A stretch of 64,000 nt of DNA, taken from positions 50,023 through 114,022 of the forward strand of contig JBMNON010000001.1 of the NCBI GenBank assembly GCA_050943115.1, in the 5' to 3' direction. Every line of letters starts with the position of its first letter. The first letter of the stretch is position 1. Source of the stretch: Patescibacteria group bacterium (GTDB lineage Bacteria > Patescibacteriota > Microgenomatia > UBA12405). This document shows, one piece after another, positions 8,695 through 18,946 of the stretch. A program made the position numbers and the translations under genes. Below the pieces are notes generated by a model. That model had not been told where the DNA came from. It saw only the letters and a list, made by a program, of their open reading frames with translations, and searched no databases.

Positions 8695-10116
8695 ATGCCC
8701 CGCCAGCCAGACAAATTGGTCTTCGTTGATATCGAAACTACCGGCACTAATTCATTTCGGGATCGTATCATCGAAATTGCTGCCCTCAGGGTTGAAAACG
8801 GACAGCTAATCGATACCTTTACAACCCTTGTCAATCCTGAATGCCACATTTCTCCTTTCATCGCTCAATTTACCGGCATCTCAGAGAAGGATTTGGAGAC
8901 AGCCCCTACTTTTGCTGAAATTAAAGAAAGACTGGAAGAAATTTTGGAAGGCTGCATCTTTGTCGCCCATAATGCGCGCTTCGATTATTCCTTTGTTAAA
9001 CGCAATTTAAAATTCCTAGGCGCAACTTATACCGCCCCCACTCTATGTACCGTCAAGCTCTCTAGAAACCTCTTCCCCCAGTATCGTAAACATGACTTGG
9101 ACAGTCTTATTGCCCGGTTTAATTTCGAATGCCCTAACCGCCATCGGGCTTATGACGACGCCAAAGTTCTCTTGGATTTTTACAACTATATAACCAAAAA
9201 TATTTCATCAAAGATAAATCATCATGCCTTCAGTCAAATCCTCCAAAAGCCTTCGCTGCCACCACATCTTGATCAAGCCCAAATTGATAGTCTTGACCAA
9301 TCCCCCGGTGTTTACATTTTCTACGATTCAAGAAATAATCCCCTATACGTTGGTAAAAGTAAAAATCTTAAAACCCGCGTTCTCTCCCACTTCCAAAATG
9401 ACGTCAATTCCAACCGGGAACTCGCTTTATCCCAAGCCACTGCTTCCATCAAAACCATTCCTACCGCCGGTGAGCTTGGAGCTCTTCTGCTTGAGTCCCA
9501 ACTGATAAAAGAACTTCAGCCCACCCATAATAGGCTTCTTCGCCACCGCAAAAAAATAGTTCTGGCAAAACAAACAACTGATAACAACGGCTATTATTCT
9601 GTTATCTTAGAGCCGGTTAAACGCATAACTCTGGAAAATACTTCAACGCTTCTCTCAGTCTTCAAAAACCAAAAACAAGCCATCGAATCCCTGCACCAAA
9701 TCGCCAAAAATCATCAACTATGCCCCAAGATCCTAAATCTCGACAAAAACAAAAATGCCTGTTTTAACTACCATTTGGGATTATGTAAAGGTGCCTGCAT
9801 CCAAAAAGAGAAGCCCCTTTTCTACAATATCCGCTTCCTTGAAGCTTTTTCCAAAAGAATCCAACCATGGCCTTTTGACGGTCCTGTTATTATCACCGAT
9901 GTTAATCCTGAAAACGGGATTACCGATAAATTTCTGGTAAATTTTTGGTGCTACTTAGGCAAACTTGAAGCGGAAGAACACACTGTTGATGCCACATGCT
10001 CTCAAAATAATTTTGATTACGACACTTACAAAATCCTCAATCGTTTTATCAACTCAAATTCCAATCAGTCCGCAATTACACCCCTCACTGCCTCTATCAA
10101 TTCATTTGAAGAATAA
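8695..10116 (+). CDS. DEDDh (DnaQ/epsilon-like) exonuclease fused to UvrC-type GIY-YIG nuclease
   Basis: VDIETTG, VAHNARFD, HRAYDDA; PGVYIF..LYVGKSKNLKTRVLSHF; CFNYHLGLCKGAC; start reassigned to ATG 8695. Confidence 0.88.
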   Translation: MPRQPDKLVFVDIETTGTNSFRDRIIEIAALRVENGQLIDTFTTLVNPECHISPFIAQFTGISEKDLETAPTFAEIKERLEEILEGCIFVAHNARFDYSFVKRNLKFLGATYTAPTLCTVKLSRNLFPQYRKHDLDSLIARFNFECPNRHRAYDDAKVLLDFYNYITKNISSKINHHAFSQILQKPSLPPHLDQAQIDSLDQSPGVYIFYDSRNNPLYVGKSKNLKTRVLSHFQNDVNSNRELALSQATASIKTIPTAGELGALLLESQLIKELQPTHNRLLRHRKKIVLAKQTTDNNGYYSVILEPVKRITLENTSTLLSVFKNQKQAIESLHQIAKNHQLCPKILNLDKNKNACFNYHLGLCKGACIQKEKPLFYNIRFLEAFSKRIQPWPFDGPVIITDVNPENGITDKFLVNFWCYLGKLEAEEHTVDATCSQNNFDYDTYKILNRFINSNSNQSAITPLTASINSFEE

Positions 10117-11372
10117 TAGGCATAAAGCTCCTGCTCCCAGCTTTTTGATCTAATGTCAATTACGGGGTCAACACCTTTACCCTCAATCGGCTGTCCGTCT
10201 TCTCTCAAAGTTAAGCTGTGAACCAGGAACATTGAATGTTTTTCATCATCGGCAATCTGCTGTTTTAACGGAAAAACCCTCTCCACGGTTCCCCATCCCT
10301 TGCTCTTTGTCCCCACCAAAACTCCGACGTTATACTTTTTCAGAGTAGCCGCCATTAATTCCGCAGTAGATTGGCTGTTTTCATTTATTAAAATTACCAC
10401 CTTTTTAAATCTCACCATGCTTTCCATCCAGCCTACTTTAGTCTTAAAATCCACCTTTTCTCCTTGGTGAAAAAACTGATAAGCATACTGGTCCATTCCG
10501 ATAAATGGTCCCAAGAAGTATGGCAGCTGATCTATTGCCCCACCGATATTATTCCTTAAATCAAAAATTAGGTTCTCGACCCCCGTTCTGTCACCCAATT
10601 TCCCCATCACCCTGTTCAGCTCCTCAAAAGTCGTTGGAGAAAACTTTGTTAAATGGACATAATAAGTACTGTTATTTACAAGTTTGTAATCCATCGTCGG
10701 TTCAATTCCGGAAATATCATAAACTTTTCTGGCCTCCTCGTCCTTTAGCACCTTATATGCTTCCTGGATTTGTGCAAACTTTTCTGCAGCCTCGGGGTCA
10801 TCATTCGTCTCCGGATCCCATTCGGCCGACTTTTCGTTAAATGCCTTATCAATTGCACTTTGGGATGCTTGTTTATCTACCCCCAAGGCCTCATAGCGAT
10901 CCTGTCCGGATCTATTGGTTACATTGTCGCTTAATTCTTTTTCCTCTTTTTGGGTATAAAGCCTACTCCGGCCGAAAGGTTCCAAATTTGACAAGACCAC
11001 ATCGGCCAAAGTAGCACTAAACTCCTTCCTTTTCTCATCGCTGTCATACTGGTCCAAGATATCCAGCAAAGCCTTATTCCAAGTCACCTTATTTACTTCT
11101 GTTAAATTTAACGGCTGTCCAGTTAACTTCTCGGCCCCTAGGATAAAAAAATTCAAAAGGTCCGGCTCCTCCATCTTATTCCAGTGATTCTCTTTTATCG
11201 TTTGGTAGACCTCGTCCAAAAATAATGCATACTTATTCTGGCTCACGCCTGCAATCTCAGGTTGTACATCGGTAGCTTTATTTTTATTTCCCAAAAAGTA
11301 CCCTGCCGCCCCCCCGATTCCCAAAACCAAAAACATCACCAAAATCAGGGGCAGTAATTTTTTCAAGCGCAT
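10065..11372 (-). CDS. S41 (Ctp) peptidase with internal J-domain
   Basis: DLRNNIGG, INENSQSTAE, GTKSKGWGTVE, IEGKGVDP; DnaJ-like segment DRYEALGV...AEKFAQIQEAYKVLKD...RKVYD. Confidence 0.85.
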   Translation of the reverse strand: MRLKKLLPLILVMFLVLGIGGAAGYFLGNKNKATDVQPEIAGVSQNKYALFLDEVYQTIKENHWNKMEEPDLLNFFILGAEKLTGQPLNLTEVNKVTWNKALLDILDQYDSDEKRKEFSATLADVVLSNLEPFGRSRLYTQKEEKELSDNVTNRSGQDRYEALGVDKQASQSAIDKAFNEKSAEWDPETNDDPEAAEKFAQIQEAYKVLKDEEARKVYDISGIEPTMDYKLVNNSTYYVHLTKFSPTTFEELNRVMGKLGDRTGVENLIFDLRNNIGGAIDQLPYFLGPFIGMDQYAYQFFHQGEKVDFKTKVGWMESMVRFKKVVILINENSQSTAELMAATLKKYNVGVLVGTKSKGWGTVERVFPLKQQIADDEKHSMFLVHSLTLREDGQPIEGKGVDPVIDIRSKSWEQELYAYYSSNELIEAVRGVIAD

Positions 11373-11425
11373 GTCTTAAGATAAGCTATTTTGACTCCCT
11401 TTTCCAGTCTCTGGTAAAACTATAT

Positions 11426-11944
11426 ATGGCTTTATTACTGATACTTATATTCCTCCTTCTTCTTTCTTTCGGCATTTTAGTTTATTTTTTCTATCGTCTC
11501 GTAATTGCTCCCGGTGCCATTTACTATCCCACCCCAACCCATGTGGTTAGAAGCATGCTCAACCTGGCCAAAATCGGCCCTAGCGACACTATTCTCGATC
11601 TTGGTTCCGGCGATGGTCGTATTCTTATCGAAGCCGCCAAGCGCGGTGCCCATGCCATTGGCTATGAAATTGACCCCCTCCTTGTCCGCCAAACCCGAAA
11701 GCTGGTCAAAAATGAGAATCTCTCCCATCTTGTTACCGTTCACAATAAAAATATGTGGCAGGCTGATTTTAATGATGCAACCGTTATTACTCTCTATCTT
11801 TTCCCCAATTTTATGAACCGGCTTCAAAAAAACCTCGAATCCCGTCTCAACCATAAAATCAAATTAGTCTCCCATAACTACCGCTTTCCTAAAAAAAGGG
11901 AAATAAGCAGTAAGGACAATATATATCTCTATTCTTTCCCCTAA
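11426..11944 (+). CDS. Membrane-anchored class I SAM methyltransferase
   Basis: YYPTP, LDLGSGDGR, GYEID, VITLYLFP. Confidence 0.85.
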   Translation: MALLLILIFLLLLSFGILVYFFYRLVIAPGAIYYPTPTHVVRSMLNLAKIGPSDTILDLGSGDGRILIEAAKRGAHAIGYEIDPLLVRQTRKLVKNENLSHLVTVHNKNMWQADFNDATVITLYLFPNFMNRLQKNLESRLNHKIKLVSHNYRFPKKREISSKDNIYLYSFP

Positions 11945-11963
11945 TCCAGCGTATAATTACCCT

Positions 11964-12830
11964 GTGATTAACCAGCTCCGCTACCTTGTTTCCGCCTGCA
12001 AGCAACTCAGCATAAGCTATTCTTTTATCGACAACCATCAAAATCTCATTAAGATAAATACCCTGCCCAATGCCACTTATTTTATCAACTACACCACCCC
12101 GTTAAATACCTCCGATGTCGTTCGTATTTGTTCAGACAAAGACTTTACCATCCAACTCTTAAAATCCGTTATTCTTACCCCCAAAACTAAAAGCTATCTT
12201 GATCCTTCCTGCCCCGAAAAATACCGGCATTACCTAAAGCACCGAACTCCCGAAGAGATATGCAATGATATATTACTTAACTTCAGTCTACCCCTGATTC
12301 TAAAAAAAAATTCCGGCTCCCAAGGATCAAACGTTTTTCTTTGTCACACCCGAAAAGAAATCAAATCAGCCGCCAAAACTATCTTTGACCAAAAATCAAA
12401 GGAATATGACTATATCTTATTGGCTCAGGAATATATTCACCCCAAGACAGAGTACCGGGTGGTTGTCTGCCGGCAGCAAATTACCTTTGCCTACCAAAAA
12501 GATATCTCCCAAGCCTTGTTTACAGGTAATTTGAGCCCCCTCCACTGGCACAACGCCAAGGCCTTACTCTGCTCCGACACCAAACTTCTAACAAAATTCC
12601 AAAATTTTCTCTCCCCGATTTATTCTCTTCTGCCGTTATCTTTTGGTGGTATCGACATAATCGAAGATCAAAACAATAACCTTTGGCTTATCGAAATTAA
12701 TACCAACCCCGGTTTCGATTACTTCCTCCGCGATAACAGTCCCAAACCCCTTATCGACACCTATAAACGTATTCTCTCCGGCCTTATTCCTACAACTCAC
12801 ACCAAAGATCTTCAGTGTAAATCAAAGTAA
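11964..12830 (+). CDS. RimK-like ATP-grasp ligase
   Basis: PLILKKNSGSQG, QEYI...EYRV, GGIDII, IEINTNPGF. Confidence 0.8.
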   Translation: MINQLRYLVSACKQLSISYSFIDNHQNLIKINTLPNATYFINYTTPLNTSDVVRICSDKDFTIQLLKSVILTPKTKSYLDPSCPEKYRHYLKHRTPEEICNDILLNFSLPLILKKNSGSQGSNVFLCHTRKEIKSAAKTIFDQKSKEYDYILLAQEYIHPKTEYRVVVCRQQITFAYQKDISQALFTGNLSPLHWHNAKALLCSDTKLLTKFQNFLSPIYSLLPLSFGGIDIIEDQNNNLWLIEINTNPGFDYFLRDNSPKPLIDTYKRILSGLIPTTHTKDLQCKSK

Positions 12831-13924
12831 TATTCTATTTCTTCATTCCCAAAGCCAACCAGTTCAGGCTCATTTACTAATATCACCCCTAGTTTTTTAT
12901 AAACCTCCCTTCTTATAGCACGAAATAATTCCATCACGTCGTCTGCCGTTGCTCTGCCGTTATTTATTAATACCAAAGGCTGGTTTGGGTTAACATACAC
13001 CCCTTTTGCCTTCATGTTTTTTATGCCGCATATATCTAGGAGGGCTGCCGTTGGCACCTTAATGGATCCGGCCTCTACCCTTGTTAAATTTTCAACTTTT
13101 TTTGCCTCTTTCTCTCCGTATACCGTCTTCACCCTTTTGATTAACTTTCGAAACTCTTCCCTGCTCATTACCTGGTTTTTGAAAAAAGAACCCACACTGC
13201 CGCCTTTGGCTGCTAGGGGGAAAGGATACTTTTTGTCCCTAATCTCAATAATTGCCTGCCTGATGTCCTTTATATTGGGTTCCTGTATACCCTTTTTGGC
13301 AAAATACCCCCCCACATCCTTATAGCTTAAATTAGCCTTACCCTGCTTGTTTAACTTAATTGTTAATCCGACTATCACCATTTGCCCTCTCATTTCCTTA
13401 TTAAAAACACTCTCCCTGTATCCAAACCGGCATTCCTTTTTGCTTAATTCTAAAATTCTTTCCCGCTTCTTATGCCACACTTCCACACTTATCATCACAT
13501 CACTCACCTGCTGTCCGTAAGCACCGACATTTTGGACTGCCACCGCCCCGCAACTACCCGGAATATGGGATAAATTTTCAATTCCCCACCAGCCCCTCCC
13601 TACGGCCATTTTTACTACATCATCCCAAACCTCACCTGATTCCAACCTCAACCATACGCTTTTGTTATCTTCCTTAATTATTTTTATTCCCCGGTTAACC
13701 ATTCGTACAACCAACCCGCCAAACCCCCTTTCGGCAATTATCATATTACTTCCGCCGCCGAAAACCAATACCGGCAGATTTCTATTCCTGGCAAATTCCA
13801 ACACTTTACCTAAATCCTGACTCCGCTTCACCTCGGCAAAATATTTTGCCCTACCCCCCACTCTAAAAGTCGTTAAATTTTTCAGTAAATAATCTTTTTT
13901 AATTTCTACAGCTCTCACCTGCAT
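12812..13924 (-). CDS. murB: UDP-N-acetylenolpyruvoylglucosamine reductase (long type)
   Basis: TTFRVGG, GGGSN, IPGSCGA..VQNVGAYG, FGYRESVF, GSVGSFFKN, LVNEP. Confidence 0.93.
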   Translation of the reverse strand: MQVRAVEIKKDYLLKNLTTFRVGGRAKYFAEVKRSQDLGKVLEFARNRNLPVLVFGGGSNMIIAERGFGGLVVRMVNRGIKIIKEDNKSVWLRLESGEVWDDVVKMAVGRGWWGIENLSHIPGSCGAVAVQNVGAYGQQVSDVMISVEVWHKKRERILELSKKECRFGYRESVFNKEMRGQMVIVGLTIKLNKQGKANLSYKDVGGYFAKKGIQEPNIKDIRQAIIEIRDKKYPFPLAAKGGSVGSFFKNQVMSREEFRKLIKRVKTVYGEKEAKKVENLTRVEAGSIKVPTAALLDICGIKNMKAKGVYVNPNQPLVLINNGRATADDVMELFRAIRREVYKKLGVILVNEPELVGFGNEEIEYYFDLH

Positions 13925-14025
13925 ACTTCATTTTATATACAAAATCATCCAAAACCCAGAGTCCTTCTTACTCCCTTCCCACTGTTTTCTTATTATTACC
14001 AGTAATTTGAGATATAAACTAAATC

Positions 14026-14604
14026 ATGAGTAGAACTACCGCCATTATCATCCTAGTACTCTTCTTCGCTCTGGCATTATTGTTTGGATTTGGCAATCGC
14101 CTTTCAGAGAACAGCAACAATCTCGCCTCACCCACAACAACACCCAGTCTCCAAACCACCGTCACCCCTTCACCTACAACCCGGCAAACCATTAATGTTT
14201 ATCTGGTCAGACTCGGTGGTAACGAAGATGATATCAACAATCCTGAGTCTTTTGGATGTGGTGACTTTTTGATACCAATTGAACGGCAAATCGAACCAAC
14301 TCAGGCAGTTTTAGAGGCTGCCTTCAACGAACTCCTCTCTCTCAAAGAACAGTTTGTAAACCGAAATGATTCCCGCCTCTACAACGCCCTCTACCAATCC
14401 AGTCTCAATTTTGACCGCGCGACGGTTGATAATGGTCTGGCTACTGTTTATTTAACGGGAACCCTAGCCTCTGGCGGTACTTGTGACGATCCCCGGATTG
14501 AAGAGCAGCTCACCGCTACCGCCCTCCAATTTAGTACCGTTAATGAAACTCGAATCTTCATAAATGACGAATCTATTGAAAATGTTCTGTCCCAAAGAAA
14601 TTAA
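14026..14604 (+). CDS. GerMN-domain exported protein
   Basis: TM and T/P linker, GCGD, GGTCD.PRI..QL.ATALQF..V. Confidence 0.7.
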   Translation: MSRTTAIIILVLFFALALLFGFGNRLSENSNNLASPTTTPSLQTTVTPSPTTRQTINVYLVRLGGNEDDINNPESFGCGDFLIPIERQIEPTQAVLEAAFNELLSLKEQFVNRNDSRLYNALYQSSLNFDRATVDNGLATVYLTGTLASGGTCDDPRIEEQLTATALQFSTVNETRIFINDESIENVLSQRN

Positions 14605-14629
14605 CCCCCAATCTTTCTTAACTTTTTTG

Positions 14630-14701
14630 CAGGCCCATCAGGATTCGAACCTGAAATAGCAGTTTTGGAGACTGCGGTGATAGCCATTTCACTATGGGCC
14701 T
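14630..14701 (-). tRNA. tRNA-Trp (CCA)
   Basis: AGGCCCA/TGGGCCT acceptor stem, anticodon loop CTCCAAA, GTTCGAATC T-loop; CCA end not encoded. Confidence 0.95.
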
Positions 14702-14728
14702 TAATAAAACATCAATATTATATCAATT

Positions 14729-15046
14729 TTACCTGTTGCTACCTTGACGTAAAAAATCACTAATCACACCGTCCACATTAGCCAACGCCTCGATTGACAA
14801 TAAACCACCGGCACTCACCGCTACCAAATTGACCCTATCGCCTCCGCCATAAAATTTGTCAATTACATCCATAAACCTTTTCTCCATTTCGACAAAACCC
14901 ACTTCCTTCCCGCTCCAATCAGGCCTAGCAATCTTTACATTCCAGCCCAATTGTGAAAACAATGCCGCTGGCACCTGGTAAACATTTTGAGCCCACTTCT
15001 GGCTCACGCCTGGTACCAAAACTAACTTTTCCGATTCTAGTTTCAT
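14729..15046 (-). pseudogene. Truncated alpha/beta hydrolase-like ORF between the tRNAs
   Basis: LVLVPG ... NLVAVSAGG nucleophile elbow, but ORF ends about 20 aa later; the ORF-track start overlaps tRNA-Ala, so ATG 15046 is used. Confidence 0.45.
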
Positions 15047-15056
15047 AAAAATTTTG

Positions 15057-15130
15057 TGGACCTGGGGGGACTTGAACCCCCGACCTTCCCCATGCCATGG
15101 GGACGCGCTAGCCAACTACGCTACAGGCCC
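15057..15130 (-). tRNA. tRNA-Ala (GGC)
   Basis: GGGCCTG/CAGGTCC acceptor with G3:U70, anticodon loop ATGGCAT, GTTCAAGTC T-loop. Confidence 0.95.
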
Positions 15131-15185
15131 TAAAAATTACTCCATATTCTATCAGACTTTACTCTGATTTAAAACAAAATTTTTT

Positions 15186-15431
15186 TTACAAATCTTGTCC
15201 GCTCACTCTTGGCACTTCTCTTCTTACGCCGTCAATATCAAGCAACTGCTCTGCCCAAGTTTTTGGGACAATACAATTTTCCATAAAACCCAAACCCATT
15301 TCTTCTGTCTTAAGTAAAATCCCATCCTGATTAAATACCAACATATCTACCCTGTCACTTCTCCTGATGCACTGTCTTCCTTCGCATGAACAACTACTAA
15401 CCCTAATACATTCCCTGCTTAGACTCGCCAT
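15186..15431 (-). CDS. Small Cys-rich hypothetical protein
   Basis: 81 aa ORF, 5 Cys, G-rich codons like other minus-strand genes. Confidence 0.5.
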   Translation of the reverse strand: MASLSRECIRVSSCSCEGRQCIRRSDRVDMLVFNQDGILLKTEEMGLGFMENCIVPKTWAEQLLDIDGVRREVPRVSGQDL

Positions 15432-15488
15432 ATTTTAAAATTAAACAATAACTAAGCAAATTTTCCTCCAATAACAATAAATTATCAA

Positions 15489-16058
15489 CTACTTTTTTAC
15501 TTCGTCCAAATTTACTGGCTCCAAGGTCCTCAGTAAGTGCCATGAGTATACCCCAGGGTCTTTATCCTCCTCCCATGATTTAAGCTCCCTCACTCTGTGC
15601 ACCACCCTCGCCCAAACTTCATTTTCCACTCGACCATTCATCTTTTTATTTTCATATATTCCAATACCGTTAATCACCACCAACCCCTTAACCGGACTTG
15701 TTTCTCTCACCACTCCCCGGAGATCATCTGTTGGCCCCTGAACGCCCTTCCCGTTTGCCAAAGCTATTTCATTGTCAAACAACCCTCCTTCCAAACCATG
15801 CCGCAGGTCCTCTACTACCCGGCTGTTTCCCGCATACCTCTCCATATTCTGTTCATACCACTCCCTCTGGTATCTCCCTTCTCTTTCACTCTTTAGTTTA
15901 GCGGAATACTCAATAATCTTTTCGGCATCAGATCTGCTTTGGCCATCCATTAATTCAGATAATTTTCCCAATCCGGTAACCGCTGCTACCGCACCGGCTG
16001 TTCCTATAGCCACATCTCTTAAAAAATGCCTTCTTGTCATCTCACCTTTCTCGCCCAT
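15489..16058 (-). CDS. Twin-arginine-signal hypothetical protein
   Basis: MTRRHFLR followed by a hydrophobic helix. Confidence 0.65.
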   Translation of the reverse strand: MGEKGEMTRRHFLRDVAIGTAGAVAAVTGLGKLSELMDGQSRSDAEKIIEYSAKLKSEREGRYQREWYEQNMERYAGNSRVVEDLRHGLEGGLFDNEIALANGKGVQGPTDDLRGVVRETSPVKGLVVINGIGIYENKKMNGRVENEVWARVVHRVRELKSWEEDKDPGVYSWHLLRTLEPVNLDEVKK

Positions 16059-16120
16059 ATTATTTAAATTAACTTATATTAAAACTATTATAGGAACTCC
16101 CCCTCTTTACTTCAAGCTTC

Positions 16121-16420
16121 CTATTTAATTTCAACGACACTCCGCCTTGGCATGTTTCTCACCACCGGCAATTCTAACTGAAAGTACTGTTCTTGACGCA
16201 TCTCCACCCCTACCATAGCCAAAGGAATATATCGGGAATCCAAACCTTGTGCATCTGCGTCTTTAACCAAGCTCTCAAGCAAAGACCTTACTCTTCTTGG
16301 AATATTTTCCTTATCCCTATATGGGCTGGTTGCTCTTTTAATTAAGTTATAAGTAACCGTTTTCATATTTAGCTCACATCTTTGGGCAATTACCATTCTA
16401 GCTCTTTCTAAGTCATTCAT
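16121..16420 (-). CDS. Hypothetical protein
   Basis: 99 aa ORF with TATAAT shortly upstream. Confidence 0.5.
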   Translation of the reverse strand: MNDLERARMVIAQRCELNMKTVTYNLIKRATSPYRDKENIPRRVRSLLESLVKDADAQGLDSRYIPLAMVGVEMRQEQYFQLELPVVRNMPRRSVVEIK

Positions 16421-16557
16421 TTTTTTTGCAACCTATAATTTTATATAATTATCAGTCAACTCTTCTCCAAAAGCAACCGTCTTCCGAAACGAAACCGTTT
16501 CCCTGCATTCCTCTAATTTGCTAAACTAAAGGAATCCACGTTAACAGTTATTTTTAT

Positions 16558-17442
16558 ATGCCAATCACCAAAGCTATCATCGCCGCCGCCGGCCGCGGTA
16601 CTCGCTTTTTACCTGTTGTTAAAGCCTACCCCAAAGAACTTATCCCTCTTCTTTCCAAACCGAATATCCAACTATTAATCGAAGAAGCCATCGGCGCCGG
16701 AATTACTGACATTATGATCGTCCAACGTCAGGGTGAAACTGCCATAGAACGCTATTTCACTCCCGACGTGAAGCTCGAAAAATACCTCTCGGAAACCAAC
16801 AAAACCCCTTATTTGGATAGTCTTAAACGAATCTGGTCCCAAGCAAAAATCCACTTCACTTTTCAATCCTCCGACCTACCTTATGGCAATGCCTCACCCC
16901 TTCTGGCTTCCCGCGAATTTATCGGCCAGGAATCCTTTGTCTACATGTTTGGCGATGATTTAACCGTTGAACCCACACCCGGCCAATATCTAAAAGAACT
17001 TATCAACACCTACGATAAATATCAGCCTGCTGTTTTGCTCGGTGGCCAATACGTTCCTTGGGAAGAAATCAACCGTTACGGCTCTATGAAATTTATAGAA
17101 GACAAAAAATACCCTCAGCGTGTTACTGCCGTTTTGGAGAAAATGGAACCCAACCAAGCTCCCAGCAATTTTGCCCAGGGCGGCCGCTTCGTGGTTTCCG
17201 GCGCCAAAATATTCCCCGTTTTGGACAAACAAAGGTTGTCCCGGGATAACGAACTTTGGTTTGCCGATGCCAACAATACTTTAGCCCAAACTGATGTGGT
17301 TATGGCACAGGAAATCAAAGATGGTACCTGGTTAACTACCGGAGACCCCCTGCGTTGGCTGAAAGCCAATATCGCTCTGGCCCTACAGGATCCCGATATC
17401 GGCCCCAGCATCAAAGATTACCTGAAAAGCCTCCATATCTAA
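16558..17442 (+). CDS. galU: UTP-glucose-1-phosphate uridylyltransferase-like
   Basis: KAIIAAAGRGTRFLP..KA.PKELIP, EEA..AGI, GDD. Confidence 0.8.
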   Translation: MPITKAIIAAAGRGTRFLPVVKAYPKELIPLLSKPNIQLLIEEAIGAGITDIMIVQRQGETAIERYFTPDVKLEKYLSETNKTPYLDSLKRIWSQAKIHFTFQSSDLPYGNASPLLASREFIGQESFVYMFGDDLTVEPTPGQYLKELINTYDKYQPAVLLGGQYVPWEEINRYGSMKFIEDKKYPQRVTAVLEKMEPNQAPSNFAQGGRFVVSGAKIFPVLDKQRLSRDNELWFADANNTLAQTDVVMAQEIKDGTWLTTGDPLRWLKANIALALQDPDIGPSIKDYLKSLHI

Positions 17443-17660
17443 CCATTATTATTACCGGCTTCTTAATATTCCTCAAAGTTTATTCTCTATTGACTTCCTA
17501 TTAACTGTACTTACACACTTCATACACATCCATAATAACCTATAGTTAGGTTGTTATTTATCGTGTCTTGTATGGTCCATGATAACTTTTTCTCATCCTT
17601 AAGGTAATAAATTACACTTAATTATTGATATTTGTCTAATAGTAACTTATAATATTTCTT

Positions 17661-17921
17661 ATGGATTTTAGGAAATATTCTTCTCTAATCCTAATATTGC
17701 TTGTCCTCTCGGCCATCAGCTTTTATGCTTTTGTCCAGATAGACCGCTATTTATCCCTCAAAGAGCAAAGCCTAAAAAATGACGCTGTCATTAACTGTCT
17801 TCGTTTTAGCGGTCAAAACAATCTTCTTAACAAGGAAGGCCAGATTACCGTTTCTTACCCTCTAAAAGAAATTTACACCTACTGTCTTAATGATCAGGGT
17901 TATTCTACTAACTGGAAATAA
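17661..17921 (+). CDS. Small membrane-anchored hypothetical protein
   Basis: N-terminal TM, A...C ... Y..CL.D.GY pattern. Confidence 0.6.
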   Translation: MDFRKYSSLILILLVLSAISFYAFVQIDRYLSLKEQSLKNDAVINCLRFSGQNNLLNKEGQITVSYPLKEIYTYCLNDQGYSTNWK

Positions 17922-17938
17922 GATTAGTATCCTATAAC

Positions 17939-18290
17939 TTGACATTATTACACATTTATTATATAATATAGGTCATACAATCAAACAATTGATTGTTAGT
18001 ACTTTTTAAAAATAAAAGTAGTTGTCATAGGAGAGACGGGAGGTTGGGTGGCTCCTCTTAAACCCCCTGCTCCCCTTCTCCTTTGGCAATTCACTTGCCA
18101 AAAGTATGGACAAGACCTTTCCGGCACAGCGCTGGAAATCAGCTTTCCATACGGTTCTTTAACAACCTAGTTTCTTTACCCGCAAAACAACACCATATTG
18201 GGCATCTTCAAGGTGCCCGGCATGGTGTTGTTTTTAACATGTGGTTATCGGGCTCGTATCAAACAAACAGTTCGAAAAGGAGAAGCTGTC
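17939..18290 (+). promoter_or_regulatory. Sigma70 promoter and ~320 nt structured leader with boxA and SD
   Basis: TTGACA (17939), 17 bp, TATAAT (17962); several hairpins incl. AAAACAACACCAT/ATGGTGTTGTTTT; GTTCTTTAACAA 18154-18165; AAGGAG 18277-18282. Confidence 0.7.
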
Positions 18291-18848
18291 ATGAGAACGT
18301 TCTACTTTCTGCTTGCCGTCGCCTTGGTGTTTATGCCTGTTGGCTGTGGCGCCATCTATGCTGCGGTCGGGGGACGCAGTCTGATCGTCGGTCAACCGGA
18401 GGGATACATCCCACCGGCCGCTGACAGTCCCGCTGCTGATCCGACCCCAGTGCCGCCCACTGCCACCGCCCCCGTGACTCAGACTCTCCAGCGAAACGCG
18501 GAAGGCTACGTCGGTCCCACGACCGCCGAAGTCTCCGCCCTGGTTGGGGTGGATCTGGTTCGAGTGGGGACGGAGCCTTCCGCCTGGACATGGCGAGGGA
18601 AGCCTTCAACGGCAACCATCACCTGTCCGGAGGGCTTCTCATGCACGCTCGACGCCGTCGACGACATCACCGTCGTCGTCGGTGGAGTCAACCAGGAGGT
18701 TCTTGTTTACGCAGGGACCTTCAGATGGCTCGAGGCATACCCGCAAGGGATATGCGGCATCTTCGACTCGGAGCAGGAGTTTGCACTGAAAGAGGGCTAC
18801 CAAGTCCGCTATCAGGAAGCTTCTGGCTACGAGGCAGTCTGCCCATAA
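18291..18848 (+). CDS. Exported or lipoprotein-like hypothetical protein with PT linker, GC-rich
   Basis: Start reassigned to ATG 18291 after SD; hydrophobic N-terminus with VGC, PTPVPPTATAP linker, Cys-containing domain. Confidence 0.75.
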   Translation: MRTFYFLLAVALVFMPVGCGAIYAAVGGRSLIVGQPEGYIPPAADSPAADPTPVPPTATAPVTQTLQRNAEGYVGPTTAEVSALVGVDLVRVGTEPSAWTWRGKPSTATITCPEGFSCTLDAVDDITVVVGGVNQEVLVYAGTFRWLEAYPQGICGIFDSEQEFALKEGYQVRYQEASGYEAVCP

Positions 18849-18946
18849 CCACACCCACCCCAACAACACCCCCCGTGGGAGAGACCTGACATCGTCGTCA
18901 GATAATCTCTCCCTCGGGGTGGGGTGGAATTTTGGGTAAGAAACTA

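Noticed and set aside
14630-16420. tRNA-anchored genomic island
   Set aside because: Orphans are present, but no duplicated tRNA 3' end or recombinase was seen
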